A stretch of DNA of 32,864 nt from positions 1 through 32,864 of the forward strand of contig JAOAGB010000063.1 of NCBI GenBank assembly GCA_026415995.1. The letters are read 5' to 3'. The notes beneath the pieces are model-generated. The model searched no databases. It saw only the letters and a program-made list of their open reading frames with translations, and was not told the DNA's origin. How positions within the stretch are numbered: the first letter of the stretch is position 1; every line of letters starts with the position of its first letter. Position numbers and translations under genes: made by a program. Positions 6,478 to 16,957 of this stretch are shown one piece after another. Origin of the DNA: Thermodesulfovibrio sp. (lineage in GTDB: Bacteria > Nitrospirota > Thermodesulfovibrionia > Thermodesulfovibrionales > Thermodesulfovibrionaceae).

Positions 6478-7890
6478 AGGGTCTCCAATTTTATGCAGTC
6501 TAATAACATTTTTATTACCCATAAAAGGCGAACTTGCAACAAAAACTACAGCATCTCCATTAGTTGCAAGATTTAAGCTTCTCAGTTTACTTTCCGTTTC
6601 TCTTAAAAACATATTATCTATTAAATTTATTGCAGCTGGTATGTGCATCGGAATAACTGCCCAAAGCAATGAAAGTCTTCGATATACTTTATAGTCAGGG
6701 GTAAAAGCTACAATAGGCATTTGAGGTCTCATCTTAGAAATAAGCAAAGCTGCAAAACCAGAATGAGAAAACACTACTATTGCCTTTGCTTGAATATCCT
6801 GAGCAACCCTCACAGCACCTGATGCTATAGCCTCTGGAAAATATTTAGTTACTCTAAATGATGAAGAAATTTTCTCTTTTAAACTCTCTTCTGTAAATCT
6901 TATTATTGAATCCATAGTTCTAACTGCTTCAACAGGATATTTACCCGTAGTGGTCTCTGCAGAGAGCATAAGGGCATCTGTGCCATCCAATACAGCATTT
7001 GCTACATCACTTGCCTCTGCCCTCGTTGGTCTTGAATGTTCTCGCATTGATTCAAGCATTTGAGTAGCTGTAATTACTAACTTTTTTCTCTGATTTGCAA
7101 GATCTATAAGAATTTTTTGATAAACAGGAACCTCTTGGGGTGGTAATTCAACTCCCAAATCTCCTCTTGCTACCATTATGCCATCACTCTCTTCAAGAAT
7201 TCTCTCAATGTTTTCCAAAGCTTCTCTCTTTTCAATTTTTGATATTAATGGCGGTAAATTAACTCCGTTCTTTGCAGCCCATTTTTTTATTTTAATTAAA
7301 TCATTTTCATTTCTGACAAAAGAAACTGCAATATAGTCAACGTCAAGTTTTATGCCAAATAAAAGATCTTTTTTATCCTTCTCTGTAAAGGAATCTATAG
7401 TGGTTCTTGTATAAGGTAGGTTTACCCCTTTTTTAGATTTTAAAATTCCACCCTCAACAACTACACCTATTAGTCTATCTTTAAGTTTTTCTATAATCTT
7501 AATTTTTAAAATTCCGTCATCTATTAAAATTTCCTCTTCTGCTTTTACATCCTCTAAAAGAGGCGGATAGGCAATATAAAGTTTTTTATCAGTGGAAATT
7601 TCATTTCCTGGAAATATCTCTAAGGTTTCCCCTTCTGTAAGCTTTACTTCACCACCCTCTACATCACCTATTCTGATTTTTATTCCTTGAAGGTCCTGAA
7701 GAATGCTTATAGATTTATCCAGTTTTTCAGCCTCTTCGCGAATTATTCTTACAATTTTATTAAACCATTCATAGTTGCCATGAGAAAAATTTAAGCGAGC
7801 TACATCCATTCCATAAAGAATTAACTGTCTGATAATCTCCCTTTTTTCAGTGGAAGGTCCTATTGTGCATATTATTTTTGCTCTTCGCAT
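6472..7890 (-). CDS. pyk: Pyruvate kinase
   Basis: KIICTIGP, ARLNFSHG, MVARGDLGVE, ATQMLESM, PTRAEASDVANAVLDGTD. Confidence 0.97.
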   Translation of the reverse strand: MRRAKIICTIGPSTEKREIIRQLILYGMDVARLNFSHGNYEWFNKIVRIIREEAEKLDKSISILQDLQGIKIRIGDVEGGEVKLTEGETLEIFPGNEISTDKKLYIAYPPLLEDVKAEEEILIDDGILKIKIIEKLKDRLIGVVVEGGILKSKKGVNLPYTRTTIDSFTEKDKKDLLFGIKLDVDYIAVSFVRNENDLIKIKKWAAKNGVNLPPLISKIEKREALENIERILEESDGIMVARGDLGVELPPQEVPVYQKILIDLANQRKKLVITATQMLESMREHSRPTRAEASDVANAVLDGTDALMLSAETTTGKYPVEAVRTMDSIIRFTEESLKEKISSSFRVTKYFPEAIASGAVRVAQDIQAKAIVVFSHSGFAALLISKMRPQMPIVAFTPDYKVYRRLSLLWAVIPMHIPAAINLIDNMFLRETESKLRSLNLATNGDAVVFVASSPFMGNKNVIRLHKIGDPL

Positions 7891-7898
7891 AATTTTAT

Positions 7899-9473
7899 TT
7901 ATAAAATTTCTATACCATTATTCTTCATTTTTATTATTATATGCTTTTCCCAATTAGGAAGTTTATGTTTATAATCTGTTCTGTAATGAGCACCCACGCT
8001 ATTTTTTCTTGCATAGGCTGATTCTGTAATTAATAGTCCCACAGTTATCATATTTTTAAACTCAATAGAGAGAGGTTCTAAAAATATAGAAGAAGAGAAT
8101 CTCTCATAAAATGGAGTAATAATAGATTTTGCGATACTTAGTGATTCGCCACATCTTATCACACCTACCTTGTTCCACATGGTTTCTCTCAGTTTATTTT
8201 TCATGGTAACCATTTCTAATGAATCTATATGCTGAATTTTTGCTTTAATAGGTATGTCTCTTTTAAAACTAAAACCCTCAAAGCCTTCTACATATTTAAT
8301 GGCACCCTTTGCTGATCTAAACCCAAAAACAAGTCCTTCAAGAAGACTGTTGCTTGCCAACCTATTCGCACCATGCACGCCTGTGCATGCTACTTCTCCA
8401 GCAGCAAAAAGACCTTTTATATTAGTTTCACCGAAATTATTTGTTTCTATGCCTCCCATTATATAATGGGCAGCTGGAGAAACAGGAACCATATCTTTAG
8501 CAATATTAAGATTAAACTTAAGACAAGTATTGTATATGGTAGGAAATCTTCTTTTTAAAAATTCCTCATCTAAATGTGTTAAGTCTAAGTATACATGGGA
8601 ACTGTTATTTTTTACCATCTCAGAAATTATAGCTCTTGAAACAATGTCTCTGGGAGCCAATTCGCCAAGAGAATGATAATGTTTCATAAATGCTTCACCA
8701 TGGATATTTCTTAAAATTGCTCCTTCACCTCTCATTGCCTCACTTAATAAAAACTGTGGGGCGTCCTTTTTAAAAAGAGCTGTCGGATGAAATTGAACAA
8801 ATTCCATATCTTTTAAATATGCTCCCGCTCGGAAAGCCATAGCCATTCCATCTCCAGTAATTACCCTTGGATTTGTTGTACGTGAATAAACCTGTCCCGC
8901 TCCTCCAGTGGCTAACAAAGTTGCCTTAGCAAAACACCTTATTATTTCCTTGTCTTTTAATAAAAAAGCACCATAGCATTGATTTTCATCAACAATTAAG
9001 TCTATTGCCATGGTAAATGAGGCTTTTTTTACATTTCTTATAGTAGAAACCTTATTTATTAAAACTCTTTCAATTTCCCTACCAGTTGAGTCTCCATGGG
9101 CATGTAGAACTCTCTTTCTTGAATGAGCACCCTCTAAGGTAAATGAAAGTTTTGTTCCTTCTTTATCGAACTCAGCTCCCCAATTTATTAATTCAATTAT
9201 TCTTTCAGGACCTTCTGATACTAAAATTTTTACTGCCTCTTCATTACATAAACCATCCCCAGCTTTAATGGTATCTTCATAATGTATGCCGATTTCATCC
9301 TCATCACTAAGAGCAACCGCTATACCTCCCTGAGCATATTCTGTACTGCTTTCCGTTGGTAAGTCTTTTGTAACAACAAGAACGTTACCACTTTTTGACA
9401 TTTCAATAGCAGCTCTGAGGCCAGCAACGCCGCTGCCAATAACGAGATAGTCAGTATAAATGTCTTCTGACAT
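7899..9473 (-). CDS. nadB: L-aspartate oxidase
   Basis: GSGVAG, AQGGIA, EGAHS, FVQFHPT, SEAMRGEG, LAPRDIV, GVHGANRLASNSLLE. Confidence 0.96.
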   Translation of the reverse strand: MSEDIYTDYLVIGSGVAGLRAAIEMSKSGNVLVVTKDLPTESSTEYAQGGIAVALSDEDEIGIHYEDTIKAGDGLCNEEAVKILVSEGPERIIELINWGAEFDKEGTKLSFTLEGAHSRKRVLHAHGDSTGREIERVLINKVSTIRNVKKASFTMAIDLIVDENQCYGAFLLKDKEIIRCFAKATLLATGGAGQVYSRTTNPRVITGDGMAMAFRAGAYLKDMEFVQFHPTALFKKDAPQFLLSEAMRGEGAILRNIHGEAFMKHYHSLGELAPRDIVSRAIISEMVKNNSSHVYLDLTHLDEEFLKRRFPTIYNTCLKFNLNIAKDMVPVSPAAHYIMGGIETNNFGETNIKGLFAAGEVACTGVHGANRLASNSLLEGLVFGFRSAKGAIKYVEGFEGFSFKRDIPIKAKIQHIDSLEMVTMKNKLRETMWNKVGVIRCGESLSIAKSIITPFYERFSSSIFLEPLSIEFKNMITVGLLITESAYARKNSVGAHYRTDYKHKLPNWEKHIIIKMKNNGIEIL

Positions 9474-11186
9474 TTAATCCTCGAAGGTTGTCCTGAGAAC
9501 TTCTTTTATAGAGGTTATTCCTTGCATTATTTTATATAATCCACTTCTTCTTAAAGTCAACATTCCTTGTTTTACTGCTTCTTTTTTAATATCTAAAGCT
9601 GTAGCTCCGGTAAGTATTAGCTCTTTTATTTCATCGGTAATGGGCATGACCTCATAGAGAGCTATTCTGCCCTTGTAACCTGTTAAGTTACATTCTGTAC
9701 ATCCTGCAGGACCGTATACTTTTAAAGTTTCAACTTCACTTTCGGTAAAACCCAATTTTAAAAGGGTTTCTTTAGAAACCGTTTCTTCTTTCTTACAATG
9801 TGGACAAAGTTTTCTAACTAACCTTTGAGCAACTACAAGTAGAACAGAAGAAGAGATCAAAAATGGTTCTATACCCATGTTAACCAATCTTGTAATAGTA
9901 CTTGGCGCATCATTTGTATGAAGAGTGCTTAGCACGAGATGTCCTGTAAGTGCAGCCTTAACTGCTATTTCTGCTGTTTCAAAGTCTCTTATCTCACCTA
10001 CCATTATTATATCTGGGTCTTGTCTCAAAAAAGACCTCAAGGCAGCGGCAAAAGTTAATCCAATTTCTTCTTTCACTTGTACTTGATTAATTCCCTGAAA
10101 ACTATACTCAACGGGGTCTTCAACAGTCATAATATTGACATCTGGTTTATTTAATCTCATCAATGCTGAGTAAAGAGTTGTTGTTTTACCAGAACCAGTT
10201 GGTCCTGTAACAAGTATCATACCATATGGTTTTTCCAGTGCCTCAAAAAAGAAATGTAATGATATCTCTTCAAAACCAAGCTTTGTTAAATCAAGCTGTA
10301 AAGAGCCTTTCTCTAAAATTCTCAGAACAATTTTTTCTCCATGAATAATAGGTAGAGACGAAACCCTGAAGTCAACCTCTTTATCAGCAATTTTTGCCTT
10401 AATTCTTCCGTCTTGAGGTAATCTCCTTTCTGATATATCAAGATGAGACATTATCTTAAAACGAGTGGTTAAAGCGCTTTTAATCTGTAATGGAAGATTT
10501 AGAACAGTTTGAAGAACTCCATCTATTCTGTATCTTACAGCCACACCTTTTTCATAAGGCTCTATGTGAATGTCACTTGCTCTCATTTTTATGGCATCAT
10601 AAATTATTTTGTTAGCGAGCTTTATAATCGGAGCATCTACCCTGACAACCTCTTCTTCCTTTGTCTCTACTTCATCACCTGCTGCCATATCAATAACAGC
10701 ACTCTCTATTAATTCATCAACCTGTTCAACGACCTTCTCATCTCCGTCAGTTTTCTTTTCTGTTTCATTAAAGTATTGCAACATTTCTGAATATTTTGTC
10801 AGATAAATATCTAAATTAAAACCTGTAAGAAGAAATTTCACATAATCAATTATTGTGTTTGATGGGTCACAAATTGCTACTTTTATAGTGCTTCCCTCTT
10901 TTCCAAAGGGCACCACTTTGTATTTTTTCATGATTTCCTTAGGAATTAACTTAATTACCTGAGGGTCTTTCTCGATTTTCAAAATATTTATTAGAGGATA
11001 GCCATATATCTCACTTAAGGCACTAAAAAGCTGATTTTCATCAATATATCCAAGCTTCATTAAGGCAGAACCGATTTTAATTCCTTCAACCTTTTGCACT
11101 TTAACAGCTTGTAGGAGTTGTTCTTCAGTTATAACTCCCTTTTTTACAAGATACTGACCAAGAGATGTTGCGCCTACTACACCCAT
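9474..11186 (-). CDS. pilB: Type IV pilus assembly ATPase (PilB/GspE family)
   Basis: ASDIHIEP, RRLPQDGR, GPTGSGKTT, RSFLRQDPD, TGHLVLSTLHTND, CPHC...CTEC zinc motif. Confidence 0.92.
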   Translation of the reverse strand: MGVVGATSLGQYLVKKGVITEEQLLQAVKVQKVEGIKIGSALMKLGYIDENQLFSALSEIYGYPLINILKIEKDPQVIKLIPKEIMKKYKVVPFGKEGSTIKVAICDPSNTIIDYVKFLLTGFNLDIYLTKYSEMLQYFNETEKKTDGDEKVVEQVDELIESAVIDMAAGDEVETKEEEVVRVDAPIIKLANKIIYDAIKMRASDIHIEPYEKGVAVRYRIDGVLQTVLNLPLQIKSALTTRFKIMSHLDISERRLPQDGRIKAKIADKEVDFRVSSLPIIHGEKIVLRILEKGSLQLDLTKLGFEEISLHFFFEALEKPYGMILVTGPTGSGKTTTLYSALMRLNKPDVNIMTVEDPVEYSFQGINQVQVKEEIGLTFAAALRSFLRQDPDIIMVGEIRDFETAEIAVKAALTGHLVLSTLHTNDAPSTITRLVNMGIEPFLISSSVLLVVAQRLVRKLCPHCKKEETVSKETLLKLGFTESEVETLKVYGPAGCTECNLTGYKGRIALYEVMPITDEIKELILTGATALDIKKEAVKQGMLTLRRSGLYKIMQGITSIKEVLRTTFED

Positions 11187-11189
11187 AAT

Positions 11190-12080
11190 TTATACTCTAA
11201 TTTTAATATAATTTAATAAATTTTTCACATCTTCAACTTTTGAAATAGCCATAATATGAATTCCTTGAGCTAACTTATTTTCTATTATATTCATCGCAAT
11301 ATTAGAAGCAAAATCTATACCAAATTTTTCCACATCTTCATCTTTTAGTTCTCTTACTTTATTTATAAGCCAATGCGGCACAACAATCCCAGGAATTTTT
11401 TCTGCAATATAGTGTAACATTTTTTTTGTTTTTATAATAATTATACCAACAATAACCTTTGTTCCATTAAATTTATCAGCAAAATCTAAAAATCTCTCGA
11501 GTCTTTCAATTTCAAAAATCATCTGAGTTTGGAAAAAATCAGCACCCATTTTCAATTTCTGCTCAAATCTCTTCAGTTGAGGTAAAATGGGTTCGGCATT
11601 AGGATTAACTACCGCTCCAATAAAAAAATCTGTTTTTCCATTAAGTGAATTTCCATAAATATCTTTACCTTCATTTAAATTTTTAACTAACTTTATCAAT
11701 ACAGAGGAATCAATATCATAAACAGGTTTGGCTTCTTTATGATCACCCAATGTAGGATGATCTCCTGTCATAACTAGAACATTTTTTATACCTAAGGAAT
11801 ATGCTCCAAGTAAGTCTGACTGAATAGCAATTCTGTTACGATCTCTACAGGTCATTTGTAGTACCGGTTCAAAATCAATATCCAGCGAGAGTTTACATGC
11901 AGCCATAGAACAAAGTCTCATTTTTGCCGATGGATTATCAGTAAAATTTACTGCGTCAGTTAAATATTTTAATTCCTCCAATTTATTAAGCATGGGTATT
12001 ATGTCAGGTCCTTTTGGAGGTGTCATTTCAACGGTTATTACAAAATCACCTTTCAGTAATTTTTCACGTAGTAAACTCAA
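11190..12080 (-). CDS. metF: Methylenetetrahydrofolate reductase, large subunit
   Basis: EMTPPKG, TDNP, TCRDRNR, TGDHP, GADFFQTQ. Start moved to TTG 12080, which has AAGGAG upstream. Confidence 0.92.
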   Translation of the reverse strand: MSLLREKLLKGDFVITVEMTPPKGPDIIPMLNKLEELKYLTDAVNFTDNPSAKMRLCSMAACKLSLDIDFEPVLQMTCRDRNRIAIQSDLLGAYSLGIKNVLVMTGDHPTLGDHKEAKPVYDIDSSVLIKLVKNLNEGKDIYGNSLNGKTDFFIGAVVNPNAEPILPQLKRFEQKLKMGADFFQTQMIFEIERLERFLDFADKFNGTKVIVGIIIIKTKKMLHYIAEKIPGIVVPHWLINKVRELKDEDVEKFGIDFASNIAMNIIENKLAQGIHIMAISKVEDVKNLLNYIKIRV

Positions 12081-12735
12081 CTTTTTTCTCCTTAACACTA
12101 TAATGTCTCGGGGAGTTAGCCTTTGACCAGTCTTTTGGTCCAAGAAGGCTTTCATAAAATCTATCTATTAAATCTCGTTTATTTAAAATATCAAAAGCTA
12201 TTATCCATGCACACTTTCTATGAGAATTGACCTCACACTTTCCATCTCTGTATCCTCCACAGGGACCGTTAAGCATTGATTTAGGACACAGAGTTACAAC
12301 ACAGAGACCTGTAATGGCAAGAAAACATTCACCGCAGGCTCTGCATTTTTCCTCAAATTCTTTTAATCGACGCATATTTCCAATGAATAAAGTATCATTA
12401 ACAGGAATAACTGGTTTGTCTTCGAAAAATTCATTTAAAGTCTGCGTTCCTGCACCACAGGAAAGAACCAATATACAATCAGCTTCATCTAAAAATTGTT
12501 TATATACAGATAATTCTCTTTTTGTACCTAAAATCTGACAACCTGTTTTAGCTATAAACCAGCCAGTAACTTTCTTACCTTCTTTTTCCAGCCACTCTTT
12601 TAAATTTAAAATAGCCTCTTCATTCCCAGTTCCACATAAAGTGGCACATTCAGAACATCCTACTAAAAAAAATGATTTATACTGATCGATATAATTTGAA
12701 ATTTCATCAATCGTCTTCTGCTTTGTAACAATCAT
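12064..12735 (-). CDS. metV: Methylenetetrahydrofolate reductase small Cys-rich subunit
   Basis: GCSECATLC, SCGAG, CRACGEC, CPKSMLNGPCGG, CEV, CAW; directly upstream of metF. Confidence 0.88.
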   Translation of the reverse strand: MIVTKQKTIDEISNYIDQYKSFFLVGCSECATLCGTGNEEAILNLKEWLEKEGKKVTGWFIAKTGCQILGTKRELSVYKQFLDEADCILVLSCGAGTQTLNEFFEDKPVIPVNDTLFIGNMRRLKEFEEKCRACGECFLAITGLCVVTLCPKSMLNGPCGGYRDGKCEVNSHRKCAWIIAFDILNKRDLIDRFYESLLGPKDWSKANSPRHYSVKEKKVEFTT

Positions 12736-13595
12736 TAGCTTAATCCCTTCTGAACTTTTGTAGCATAAAGCGTATTTTCCATAAGCATAGCTATTGTCAT
12801 AGGCCCCACACCTCCAGGCACAGGAGTAATGTAAGAAGCTTTTTCTTTCACACTGTCAAAATCAACATCACCAACAACTTTTCCGTAATTTGTAACATTT
12901 ATGCCAATATCAATAATCACAGCACCATCCTTAACCATATCAGCAGTTATAAAATTAGGCTTGCCAATGGCAACACATAAAATATCGGCGTTTTTGGTAA
13001 TTTCTCCAAGCCTTTCAGTTTTGCTATGGCATAATGTAACTGTGGCATTTCTCCTCAATAAAAGCAAAGAAAGAGGCTTGCCCACAATAATGCTTCTACC
13101 AATTACAACAGCTCTTTTGCCCTCTGTTTCTATCTCATAGGCATCAATCATCCTTATTATCCCCTTCGGCGTGCATGGTATAAAAAGAGGATTGTCGATT
13201 AAAAGTCTACCAAGACAATATGGTGTAAAACCGTCAACATCTTTTATAGGTTCTATCTTCTGTAAAATGTTATTCTGATTAATATGACGAGGTAAAGGTA
13301 ATTGAACAAGAATTCCATTAATAGATATATTACGATTTAATTCGTCAATCAAGTTGATTATCTCTTCTTCCTCTGTTCTATCGGGCAATCTGAATATCAA
13401 ACTTTTAATACCTAACTCTTTACATGTTTTTTCCTTAAGGGATACATATTTCTCTGAAGCCCTATTTTCTCCAACAAGAATCACTGCTAAACAAGGGGTG
13501 ATACCCTTTGTTTTTAACTCTTCTATTTCCATTTTTATTTCTTCTTTAACAATAGATGCAAGAAATTTCCCATTTATCAATGTAGAACTCATCAT
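12735..13595 (-). CDS. folD: Methylene-THF dehydrogenase/methenyl-THF cyclohydrolase
   Basis: [43 protein letters not shown]. Confidence 0.97.
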   Translation of the reverse strand: MMSSTLINGKFLASIVKEEIKMEIEELKTKGITPCLAVILVGENRASEKYVSLKEKTCKELGIKSLIFRLPDRTEEEEIINLIDELNRNISINGILVQLPLPRHINQNNILQKIEPIKDVDGFTPYCLGRLLIDNPLFIPCTPKGIIRMIDAYEIETEGKRAVVIGRSIIVGKPLSLLLLRRNATVTLCHSKTERLGEITKNADILCVAIGKPNFITADMVKDGAVIIDIGINVTNYGKVVGDVDFDSVKEKASYITPVPGGVGPMTIAMLMENTLYATKVQKGLS

Positions 13596-14158
13596 TCCTC
13601 CCTTCTATTTATCAACTCCAGTGCTTCCTGACGAGTAGCCTGACTTTTTCTGAAAATACCTCTTACAGCAGATGTTACTGTTTTGGTTCCAGGCTTTTTT
13701 ATACCTCTCATACTCATACATAAATGTTCTGCCTCAATAACAATCATGCAACCCTTCGGCTTTAGCTTCTCCATTAATAAGTTAGCCAGCTGACTTGTAA
13801 GCCTTTCCTGAACTTGAGGCTTCTTTGCAAGATAATCAAGAGCCTTGGGAAGTTCACTTAATCCAACAATTTTGCCATCTGGAATATAAGCAATATGGGC
13901 ATTGCCAAAAAAAGGCAAAAGATGATGTTCACATATGGAATAGAAAGGTATATTTTTAATCAGTACCATCTCATCATGTGTTTCACCTTCAATACATTTC
14001 AATAAATCCTCATCTGGTGGAAACAAACCTCTAAAAATTTCCTCGCACATCTTGGCAATACGTGCAGGTGTTTCCTTAATTCCAGGCCTTTCGGTATTCT
14101 CACCTATGCCTTCTAAAATTAACCTAACTCCTTCTTCAATCTTTTTTTTGTCAAACAC
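13592..14158 (-). CDS. folE: GTP cyclohydrolase I
   Basis: [33 protein letters not shown]; GTG start. Confidence 0.96.
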   Translation of the reverse strand: MFDKKKIEEGVRLILEGIGENTERPGIKETPARIAKMCEEIFRGLFPPDEDLLKCIEGETHDEMVLIKNIPFYSICEHHLLPFFGNAHIAYIPDGKIVGLSELPKALDYLAKKPQVQERLTSQLANLLMEKLKPKGCMIVIEAEHLCMSMRGIKKPGTKTVTSAVRGIFRKSQATRQEALELINRREE

Positions 14159-14708
14159 AGCTTATCATCCTTTCATCGGTAATTATTAAATCAACCTTTT
14201 GATCAAAAGATTCTACAGGAATTTCATCAACTATCTGTTCTTCATAAGCTAATCCTACAGCTAATCCTCTCCTATTAAAAAGAAGTCTATCATAAAAACC
14301 TTTCCCATAGCCAATTCTGAAACATCTTCTATCAAAAGCTATTCCCGGAACAACAATAACTTCTATTTCTTCAATAGATGCTTTTACCCCTCCTTGAGGT
14401 TCAAGAATAGATTTATATCCATGAGATAGTTGTTTTATGTTGTCTATCCAGAACAGTTCTAAATGATTATCAGTTACCCTCGGAAATGCTGTTTTTATTG
14501 AACTTTTATTACAAAAATGAAAAATTTTCCATGTATCCACTTCACTTCCATATGAGGCATAAAGAAGAACCGATTTAATTCCTTTCTTTGACAATAAATT
14601 CTCAAAAGTAGTGGTTATTTTTTCATCTTTTTGTATTTTTAGAGGTTTTGGTATCTTATTTCTTATCTCAAGCATTCTCTTTCTTATATATTTTTTATCT
14701 CTTTGCAT
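14151..14708 (-). CDS. fau: 5-formyltetrahydrofolate cyclo-ligase
   Basis: SEVDT, ILEP, VPGIAFD...[11 protein letters not shown]. Confidence 0.95.
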   Translation of the reverse strand: MQRDKKYIRKRMLEIRNKIPKPLKIQKDEKITTTFENLLSKKGIKSVLLYASYGSEVDTWKIFHFCNKSSIKTAFPRVTDNHLELFWIDNIKQLSHGYKSILEPQGGVKASIEEIEVIVVPGIAFDRRCFRIGYGKGFYDRLLFNRRGLAVGLAYEEQIVDEIPVESFDQKVDLIITDERMISCV

Positions 14709-14822
14709 TTTTAAATCTTATCTGAAAAATAAAACAGTACTCTAACGGCATACTAAAAGAATCCATAAAAAACATTTAAAATTATACCATTAACTTAAAT
14801 ATTTATGGTATCATAAAACTTT

Positions 14823-16022
14823 ATGGAAGAAAAAGAAATAATAAAACAATCCGAAAACCTTCTTATTCCTACCTATTCAAGATATCCTATTGTTTTAAGA
14901 AAAGGACGTGGCGTAAGAGTATGGGATATAAATGGCAAGGAATATCTTGACTTTCTTGCTGGTATCGCTGTTAATGTTCTTGGTCACTGCCCAAGAAAAG
15001 TAGTAATGGCAGTACAGAAACAGGTGCAAAGACTTGTCCATGTCTCAAATTTATATTACACTGAGCCTCAGCTTGCTTTGGCAAAAATTCTAATAAAAAA
15101 TTCTTTTGCTGACAGAGTATTCTTTTGCAATTCTGGTACTGAAGCAAATGAAGGCGCTCTTAAACTTGCAAGGATTTATATGAAGAGTAAATTCAGCATT
15201 GACCGTTATGAATTTATATCTACATACAATTCATTTCATGGTAGAACATTTGGAAGTCTTAGTGTTACTGGGCAGGAAAAATATCATCATGGCTTTGAAC
15301 CTCTATTGGAAAGTGTAAAATTTGTGCCTTTTAACGATGTTCAGGCAATAAAAGATGCAATTAATGATAAAACGTGTGCAATTATTCTGGAGCCAATTCA
15401 AGCAGAAGGAGGCATAAACCTTCCTGAGAGGGATTATTTAAAAAAAGTACGAGAGATATGCAACAGTGAAAGAATTCTACTTATTCTTGATGAGGTTCAG
15501 ACAGGTATTGGAAGAACTGGAAAACTTTTTGCATACGAACATTTTGGAATTGAACCAGATATCATGACCCTTGCAAAAGGACTGGGAGGTGGAATACCAA
15601 TTGGAGCAATACTCACAAAAGAAGAAATTGCTAAAGCCTTTGGACCTAAAACTCATGCATCTACCTTTGGTGGAAATCCAGTAGCATGTTCTTCTGCATT
15701 AGCAACTCTTGATACTGTTTTAGAGGATGGTTATTTAATTGATCATTGTCAAAGAATGTCTAAGTATTTTATGAAAAAACTCAATTTTTTGAAAGATAAA
15801 TATCCTGAGAAAATAAAAGAAGTAAGAGGATTAGGACTACTTATTGGAGTTGAATTAACATTTGACGCAATAGAAATTGTAAAAAAATGCATGGAAAAGG
15901 GCTTGCTAATAGGGACTGCTGGAGATGGCTCTGTACTAAGATTTACCCCACCATTGATAATAGATAAAGATGATATAGATGAAGCAATATCAATTCTTGA
16001 TAAGGTTTTTAGGGAGGCTTAA
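14823..16022 (+). CDS. argD: Acetylornithine aminotransferase
   Basis: YLDFLAGIAVNVLGH, NSGTEANE, SFHGRT, DEVQTG, TLAKGLGGG; adjacent to argF. Confidence 0.95.
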   Translation: MEEKEIIKQSENLLIPTYSRYPIVLRKGRGVRVWDINGKEYLDFLAGIAVNVLGHCPRKVVMAVQKQVQRLVHVSNLYYTEPQLALAKILIKNSFADRVFFCNSGTEANEGALKLARIYMKSKFSIDRYEFISTYNSFHGRTFGSLSVTGQEKYHHGFEPLLESVKFVPFNDVQAIKDAINDKTCAIILEPIQAEGGINLPERDYLKKVREICNSERILLILDEVQTGIGRTGKLFAYEHFGIEPDIMTLAKGLGGGIPIGAILTKEEIAKAFGPKTHASTFGGNPVACSSALATLDTVLEDGYLIDHCQRMSKYFMKKLNFLKDKYPEKIKEVRGLGLLIGVELTFDAIEIVKKCMEKGLLIGTAGDGSVLRFTPPLIIDKDDIDEAISILDKVFREA

Positions 16023-16024
16023 GA

Positions 16025-16924
16025 TTGAAAAAAGACTATCTTAGGGTTTTTGATTTATCTAAGGATAATTTTATTTTCTTAATAAATAGAGCGATAGAAC
16101 TAAAGTCTATTAAAGATTATTCAAAGGCTCCATTGATAGGAAGAAGTATCGGCATGATCTTTGAAAAACCTTCTACAAGAACACGAGTTTCTTTTGAGGT
16201 GGCAGTATATCAGCTTGGAGGTCATCCTGTTTATCTGAGTCCTCGAGAATTGCAGTTGTCAAGAGGTGAAACTATTAAGGACACTGCTCAGGTTTTATCT
16301 CGGTATCTCGATGCCATTGTCATAAGGACCTTCTCACATAGCACCATAGAGGAATTTGCAAGATGGTCCCAAGTTCCTGTAATAAATGCTCTTACCAATG
16401 AGCATCATCCCTGTCAGGCAATGGCAGACATGATGACAATTCTTGAAAAAAAGGGCAAGACGGAGGGAATAAAAATTGCATATATTGGTGATGGAAACAA
16501 TGTCGCTAATTCCCTGATTGAAGCATCGGCACTTACAAGGGCAAAAATAAATATAGCCACACCTAAAGGTTTTGAACCTCTCAAGGATTCTGTTGAAAAG
16601 GCAAAAACTTTGACAGAAGTAACACTTCTTAATGATCCATATGAAGCGGTTATAGATGCCGATGTGATTTACACGGATGTATGGCTCAGTATGGGTGAAG
16701 AAGGAAACAATGAGAAAAAAGAAAAATTCAAAAACTTTCAAATAAACTCTAAATTATTAAAAAGAGCAAAACCAGATGCTATAGTTATGCACTGCTTACC
16801 TGCTCATAGAGGTGAGGAAATAACTGATGAAGTTCTTGACGGTACTCAAAGTGTTGTATTAGATCAGGCAGAAAATAGATTATATACTGAGAAAGCAATT
16901 CTTGAATTTTTACTTCTTTTGTAG
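16025..16924 (+). CDS. argF: Ornithine carbamoyltransferase
   Basis: FEKPSTRTR, HPCQ, GDGNN, DVWLSMG, HCLP; TTG start with GGAGG. Confidence 0.97.
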   Translation: MKKDYLRVFDLSKDNFIFLINRAIELKSIKDYSKAPLIGRSIGMIFEKPSTRTRVSFEVAVYQLGGHPVYLSPRELQLSRGETIKDTAQVLSRYLDAIVIRTFSHSTIEEFARWSQVPVINALTNEHHPCQAMADMMTILEKKGKTEGIKIAYIGDGNNVANSLIEASALTRAKINIATPKGFEPLKDSVEKAKTLTEVTLLNDPYEAVIDADVIYTDVWLSMGEEGNNEKKEKFKNFQINSKLLKRAKPDAIVMHCLPAHRGEEITDEVLDGTQSVVLDQAENRLYTEKAILEFLLLL

Positions 16925-16957
16925 GAATATTCCTACAAATATGTAGGATTTTTCCGA
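16918..16957. promoter_or_regulatory. Tandem palindromic transcription factor sites
   Basis: Perfect 22 bp palindrome TTTGTAGGAATATTCCTACAAA (16918-16939) and an imperfect copy TAGGATTTTTCCGA (16944-16957); cores are 22 bp apart. Confidence 0.7.

Noticed and set aside
12064-12155. Apparent 92-nt metV/metF overlap suggesting a frameshift or fusion
   Set aside because: A TTG at 12080 with AAGGAG reduces it to an ordinary 17-nt overlap.
14709-14790. Possible folate, ZMP or SAM riboswitch upstream of fau
   Set aside because: Only a weak 5-bp hairpin (AGUAU/GUACU); too short and no aptamer consensus recognised.
16918-16939. Palindrome as the intrinsic terminator of argF
   Set aside because: It overlaps the stop codon, has no downstream U tract, and has a second copy phased against a promoter; a binding site fits better, though a dual role is not excluded.
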